A stretch of 64,000 nt of DNA from the human T2T-CHM13v2.0 reference genome, Homo sapiens. The number at the start of each line of letters is the position of its first letter. Within the stretch, counting starts at the first letter, position 1. The stretch lies in NCBI RefSeq assembly GCF_009914755.1, contig NC_060929.1. One strand, written 5' to 3'. The notes below the pieces were generated by a model. It did no database searches, had not been told where the DNA came from, and saw nothing but the letters and a program-made list of their open reading frames with translations. A program made the position numbers and the translations under genes. Of the stretch, positions 57,356-64,000 are shown one piece after another.

Positions 57356-58061
57356 TTAACAAAGATCCAGCATTTCCTCTCAATAGCAGACAAATGGGCT
57401 GAAGGCAAAGATGCAATAAATGGAGGATACAGAGAGTGACGACCCGTTCCAAGGTACATGGGAACGCTAAAGTGCCGCGTGGGTCGAATCCTTTCTGAGT
57501 AAAGGTCGCGTCTGTCAATTATGCTTTAGTCACTCCTCCAGAGTGGAAATAAACACTTGGGAATGCCACCTACTTCAGAACTGGCATCTCCTTCTGTTAG
57601 TATTGTCACTGAAAACATTAACAGTGCATTATTTCACAACTCCCTTAGTACACTTGAAAGTAATTTTCCCCAAATGGGAAAAAAGTAAGCTTTTTTTTTT
57701 AACTAATTACAAAATAAAATTAGGATTTGTTTACAAAATGTAGAGCATTTTGCTCCTCAGCATATATTTTATAGCTTCTTCAAATTAGGAAAAAGGATGA
57801 TGATAATCTACCCAAAGAGAAACATTTGCAATCTAAAGCAAAGCTAATAAAATTGGCCTCTCAACATTTTCTAAAAATGTTTTCAGTGGTAACAGTGCCA
57901 ACAGCACGCCAAGAGCATCTATACTTCCAAGCAATCTACCAATGTCCATGGATGGAATATGTAAGAGTGCAATCAGTATTCAAAAAGGAATCAATCCTCT
58001 CCCTATTAAAAAATAACAATCATCATGATTAGCACATGATCTCTGTGAAATTCAATCACAA

Positions 58062-58125
58062 AGATTTGAAAAGCCATCTAGCAGAAATAACCTGAGATTT
58101 GAAAAGTCATCTAGCAAAAATAACC
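58062..58125. repeat. 33-bp period tandem duplication
   Basis: AGATTTGAAAAG(C/T)CATCTAGCA(G/A)AAATAACC twice. Confidence 0.95.
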
Positions 58126-58438
58126 AAATGAAAGCATAAATCTTCATATCAGAAGTTACAGATTTCATCCAGCAAAATGTTAGCCCATCTTCTATAAAAC
58201 ATCACTAAAAATCACACGTAATATCCAGGCAGATTTTGGCTGAAATGCTGAAGGTAAGAATAGTTCTCGTTCTGAAAATTCTGATTAAAAAGTATGGAGG
58301 GAGAGAAATCCCCTTCTAACTTAGAGTAAAATAATGAGTACCACTTATCTTGGAGGATTTATTCCTTCACTTTTGACCAGGCACTGGGAATTTTAAAACT
58401 CAGTTCAAAGAAAGAAAACGAAAAAAACATTTGCAGGG

Positions 58439-58792
<354 letters not shown>

Positions 58793-60754
58793 TAAGTATA
58801 GAAACATAAAGAAGACCAAACCCTAGCATCAGTGATCTTCCAGTTCAGGAGAAAGCGGTAATTAAACATACCTGTGCCAGACAAGTGCAATGTAAATGTG
58901 TTCAGCACAATCAGGGGTATGCACAATGGGCTTTAGGGAAACAGAGTAGAGGCATCAAAGTCATTCTTATAGGCATGTCAGGAAAGACTTGGAAGCATCT
59001 CCTGAATTTTGAGTCTCAAAAGATTGAGAGGTATCCAAGTTCAAAGGAGCACAGAAGAAAACGGCATTCCAGATAAAAGTGAAAGCAAGAAACATCCCAT
59101 AATGCGCAAGCATCTGAGGGCTGCTAATGCATGCCCTAGACACCTTCCTAGTCTTTGCAAATAATTGCTTCTCAGTCCGATATCAATTATTGATAACTAT
59201 TAACTGACAATCTACATACTAATTAAAATGCATTCATATGAATATACAAAACATCCTCATTTTAAGACTTATCTCTAACTCCCTGCCAAAGGAATTTCCA
59301 TTTGTCAGGGACTTAGCATGGTCACATCATAGAGTCTGTTTTGCCTCCCCACCCTTTTAGATGCAAAGGCCCACAAGCAAGATGCCACAGCTGATTGAAC
59401 TAGCAGGCAGTTTAGCCTTAGTAGCTGACCAACAACCATGGTGTGGCCTAGCAGGAAGGGCCAGGCTAACCTAATCATATTCTTTTTCTCCCAAATTTGA
59501 GTTGAAAAATACTGAAAAGATGAAGCAGTTCATAGTGCAAAATAAAACTGAGGGAATACAAAAAGCAAAGCTATTAAATAACTTCATAACCATGAAGAAT
59601 CACAGCAATCTCAATTTACAAAGCTACTAGTATGAATAACAAGAAACTATACAAAAAAGAAAAGCTACACAAAGCAGAGAATAACAACCCTGCTAATAAC
59701 CCCAGGAGAAGTAGACCCAGAGAGAAATCAGTATGTGAAGAATGGCTGAGTGCAGTTGCAGACAAGTCTGTTTCTTAGTTAAAAAACTATATTCCTCAGT
59801 TTCTTGCAGCTAGGAATGGCAGCATGATCAAATTCTAGTAAATGAGATATAATTAGTAAGTCTTACAAGTCTTCCAGGAGGGAAGCACACTCTTCTTCTG
59901 CCCTTTCACCATCCAGCTATCTGGAATGCAGAAGTGATGGCAGGAGCTCTGGCACTAATTTTGGACCATAAGCTTAAAGTCTACATATAGTGGGCAGAAG
60001 CTTCTTGGGGCCCTAATGACTTCTGGACTTACTTGCCTGAGCAAAAAATGAAACTGTCAAAGCCACTATATTCCAACCAATTCCAGTCCTAATTGATACA
60101 GTGGTTGAGAGAATGTGACAGAACCACAATTTGAACTCAAGTCTTTTGGACGTGGGGGCCAAACTCAATCATTATGAGCAAGTGCAAATGAAGTCAAACA
60201 AACTGAGTAAAGCAGGTTTACAGTTTACATGTATTTTATAATTCAACAAATCATAAAAGTCTGACTACCAAAGGCCAATAAAAAAGAAAAACATGCAGAT
60301 GCAGTGTCACTCACCTACTACAAATAACACTTTGGACAAGCCTCTTTGACTCTGTAGCCTACCTGGACATATAAGGTTTTTCCCTCAATACAAGTACCTA
60401 CAATAAGGCATATGGGCAATAAAAACTGAATATAGGCACCAGCTTCTCATGCATGGCAGAAACCTATCAAATTCAGATTTGTAAGGAGTAGATGAGACTT
60501 GCAAGAGCACACGGGATTCTGGAAAGCCTACAGCATATTTTGCAAGGAAGTAAGAGGCCTGTCTCATTAACTTCAAGCAAAAGAATTTTCCATACGTCAT
60601 TAACAACTAGAAGAACTCAGCCCAGGCATTGTAACTCCCTAAACCACTGATGCCCCAGGGTGGCAAGTGTAGCATAGATCGGCAATTCCTTTGAAAGGCT
60701 CAAGGATTTTAGATGCCCAAGCTGAAGCACCAATGAACTTTGTATTAATTCTCT

Positions 60755-60990
60755 TCATTAATTAAACAATTTCATATTTGCATTGACCACACATTTTGTG
60801 CCCAGCCATGTCCCATGCTGGGGACGGAACAGTGAGAGCAAAGTCCCTGCTCTTATGGAGCCTACACTCCAGTGGTAGTGGCACACAAAACAACAAATAA
60901 AATCAACTTAGATGGTGACAAGTCCTATGAAGAAAAAAAAAAAAAAGAGAGAATGTGCAGGAGAGGGTGGATTTCCGGTACTGCTATTTT
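60755..60990 (-). mobile_element. L2 3' fragment
   Basis: AAAGTCCCTGCTCTTATGGAGCCTACACTCCAGTGG. Confidence 0.75.
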
Positions 60991-61189
60991 TAAGAGCAGA
61001 CGTGGTCATTCTAACAATATTATAGACAATAAAAGAGATGCCAAAAAAGCTTTCAACAGCTTTGCTTCCCAAACCCCTTGCATAGGCAAACACAGTATTT
61101 CTACCGTAAAAAGTCACAGCATTAGACACTCAATTCAATAATCCACAAATATTTATTGAGAAGCAGTTCTGGGAGACATTAAGAGCAAA

Positions 61190-61375
61190 TCTAACAGCTT
61201 TCAGTGTTAAGACTTTCTGGAATCAAATCCCAGCCATACAACTTACTATTTGTAGGAGCTTGGGCAAGTTGCTTAACCTCTGTGCATCTTAATTTGTCAT
61301 TTGTAAAATGAGGATCATAGTAGTACCTATTTCATTGGGTACTAAGAGGATTCAATGAGTTATAAAAGGAAATAC
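61190..61375 (+). mobile_element. MIR
   Basis: TCAAATCCCAGC...TTGGGCAAGTTGCTTAACCTCTGTG...GTAAAATGAGGAT. Confidence 0.88.
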
Positions 61376-61874
61376 AGTAAGCTTCAGATTTGTATTTTGT
61401 TTTATATATTTTGTAATTGACATATAATGTATATTTTAATTGAATATCTGCTATGTTCCAGGCACACAACTTCCTCTAAGCATTTGCATAATGGGGCCCC
61501 ACACACCAGGAAGCCCCAGGGGCTGCAGTCTGCCATCAGCTTCTACAGATGCCTTGCATTCAGGCCTTGTCTGTACTCTTGGTGTCTCCGCCTGCTGTCA
61601 CCTGCATTACCAGGACTAACTCCTGTGACTTCTTACTGCAAATACTGTAACCCAGAATGGTAACTCTGAGATTCCCCAAAGGAGTAAACATTCCAAATCC
61701 AAGTTTCTCTCTTACCACTCTGTCTCAACAGAGCCAGCAACTGATGCAAAACAATAAACAACATCCATTTTTTAGCCAGGCCTCACAATATTGTCCAGAT
61801 TGGCAATGCGACATGTTTAAACTGAAGAAGTTTTAGTCTACATTATATAAGATTATATCAACTATCACTCAACC

Positions 61875-62173
61875 TTTTTTTTTTTTTTTTTGAGGTAGAG
61901 TCTCACTCTGTCATGAGGCTGGAGGGCAGTGGCACGATCTCGGCTCGCTGCAACCTCTGCCCACCTCCTGGGTTCAAGCGATTCTCCTGCCTCAGCCTCC
62001 TGAGTAGCTTGGGATTACAGGTGAGTGCCACCACGTCCAGCTAATTTTCCTATTTTTAGTAGAGACGGGGTTTCACCATGTTGGCCAGGATGGTCTCGAT
62101 CTCCTGATCTCATGATCCGCCCTCCTTGGCCTCTCAAAGTGCTGGGATTACAGGCATGAGCCACCGTGTCCAG
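61875..62173 (-). mobile_element. AluSc-like
   Basis: TTGGCCAGGATGGTCTCGATCTCC; TSD ATCACTCAA. Confidence 0.95.
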
Positions 62174-62828
62174 CATCACTCAATATTTTAATATTCAATA
62201 ATATTTAATATTTTTAATGCTATTATAATGATAGGCATCTACTTTGCCATGCATTGTCCATTAGGCACTTGGAAGCAAAATTAATTAGAATCATAAGGAA
62301 AATTATATTTATTCAATTATCCAGAGTATGAATTCATCTTCCATTCCCTACGTCCCATTCGTTTTTAATATAATTAAATGAACACAACTTTTCAGCACTG
62401 TCCTTCTACTAAAACCTTAGAAATCATTGTTTAGGGGTTCTTTCCTTGAATTTATCTTTTTAAGCCACTTCTTTGGGCATGATACCTACACTGTCAAATC
62501 TATATTTAAAGTCCTCAAAATATTCAAATGGCCAACCCCTTTTACTGAATCAGTACTTCTATATTAACTTACAAAAATTATTGTACTGCCAGGAAAAGGC
62601 TGACTACAGGAGAACGTGGTCTAACAACCACTTAAAGGTTCAAAAAAATTTCTATTTGCCTATTAATTAGACAATCTCAACTTTTCTTCTTGTTTTTCTA
62701 ACTGTGGAGGGAAAAGAAAGGTAAGCTTTGAGGTTAGACAAACCTGGGTTTGAACCATTCAATAAGTTACTTTAGAAAACTCATCCACCCTGAACTTCAA
62801 TAAGTGGTCCTCAGATGAGAAAAGAGAA

Positions 62829-63127
62829 CAGATAATCCTTGGTTTCCATGGGGGATTGGCTCCAGGACCCTCTGCAGATACTAAAATCTGTGGATGCTCA
62901 AGTTCCTATATGAAATGCTGTAATATTTGCATGTAACCTACACATATCCACCTGTATACTTTAAATCATCTCTAGATTACTTATACCTAATACAATGACA
63001 ATGTTGTGTAATTATTAGACTGTATTTTTTATTTTGTATTATTTTTTATATTTTTTGTTCAAATATTTACAATTTGCAGTTCATTGAATCTGCAGATCTA
63101 GAACCCGCAGATACAGAAGGCTAACTA
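62829..63127 (+). mobile_element. MER2
   Basis: CCATGGGGGATTGGCTCCAGGACC...TTTAAATCATCTCTAGATTACTTA...GCAGATACAGAAGGCTAACT. Confidence 0.9.
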
Positions 63128-64000
63128 TAATAATACTAAAGCTACTAACTCTACTGAATTAAATAAGCAAGCATCAGGTGCTTAGCAAAGGGAAGATATT
63201 TTCTCACACCTAGTGAATCCAAAGCCAAGCCGCCCACATCTACTACTGGAATGTGGATGAGTCTCCTGAACAGGCCCCACTAGTTCCCATCTGATCCCTG
63301 TATAATCCATCTTCCATTCAACAGCCAGAGCAAGTTTTCAACATGTAAATCTGGTGCTATCACCTCCTGCTTAAAACTATTTAATAGTTTAAGAGTAATC
63401 TTAACAGAAACCCAACTCCCAGCCACAACTGCCAGACCCTATGGAATCTTAACTGGGCTCCCCTGGGGCTTGGGTTCACAGCCAATTTCTTTGAGCCACT
63501 CTTCAGCATCTGATACCCCAACCTCTGAGATTCCTATGAGCAGCTATACCACTGTCTCATACTTGCTGAAGACAAATAGCCCCAATCTATATGCTCAGGG
63601 AACTACTTGGGGTTTTCTGTAAGTCCCAGGGATCCCTGTGCCCAACTCAGGTGGTAGTATCTACCTACTTTTGTCCCCAGGGACTCACCCTATTTCCCTT
63701 TTCTTTTTCAAGGGATACCACTTTTTCCTAAGTCTTGTAGATTTTCTCCTTACCCCATCCCTAAAGCCTGGCTGCCAAGTGGCAGGAGCCCTCCCCTCCC
63801 TCCCTTGCTGTTGATGTTCTTGCTTCTCCAAAGATGTGCACACTGGCCCTTCTTTATGAATGGGTTTTAGTGCTAAGGACTAAAGGGAACAGATATGTGG
63901 AGGTTGACATAAAAATCTAACAACTAAAGGCAGTATAGTCATTGCCTATGTTTCTGACATGTCGTGTGGATAAGCAAGCCACTGAAACTCCTGCCCTCCA

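Noticed and set aside
57438-57512. HDV-like or hammerhead ribozyme reading of the structured patch
   Set aside because: A stem followed by CTAA recalls HDV P4-J4/2, but I could not build P1/P2/P3. There is no CUGANGA/GAAA core for a hammerhead, and it is not a complete tRNA cloverleaf, so no RNA gene was called.

Overview
Primate (very probably human) nuclear DNA: AT-rich, CpG-poor and repeat-dense, consistent with a large intron or an intergenic region. I could not find a confidently supported protein-coding exon or identify a host gene. Most listed ORFs fall in Alu, L1, L2 or LTR remnants or look like chance frames. The window holds about 20 Alu/FLAM copies, a twin-primed L1PA3-like insertion, an older L1PB-like ORF2 fragment, MaLR/ERVL solo LTRs (THE1, MST, MLT1, MLT2, LTR16), DNA transposon relics (Charlie1, Tigger4, MER2, MER5, MER20), L2/MIR pieces and microsatellites. 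The most notable non-routine signals are: (1) an ancient local duplication (about 13.2-13.7 kb vs 25.8-26.3 kb) with an internal inversion of about 150 bp; (2) a 35-bp inverted repeat at 12808-12907 that is fully paired only as minus-strand RNA; (3) a CpG-rich, multi-stem, tRNA-Ser-like patch at 57.4-57.5 kb beside a perfect CArG box; (4) an L1 whose inversion skips almost all of ORF2; (5) a UG-repeat-flanked candidate cryptic exon; (6) strong CTCF motifs. Repeat subfamily calls come from recalled consensus sequences, and boundaries are approximate.
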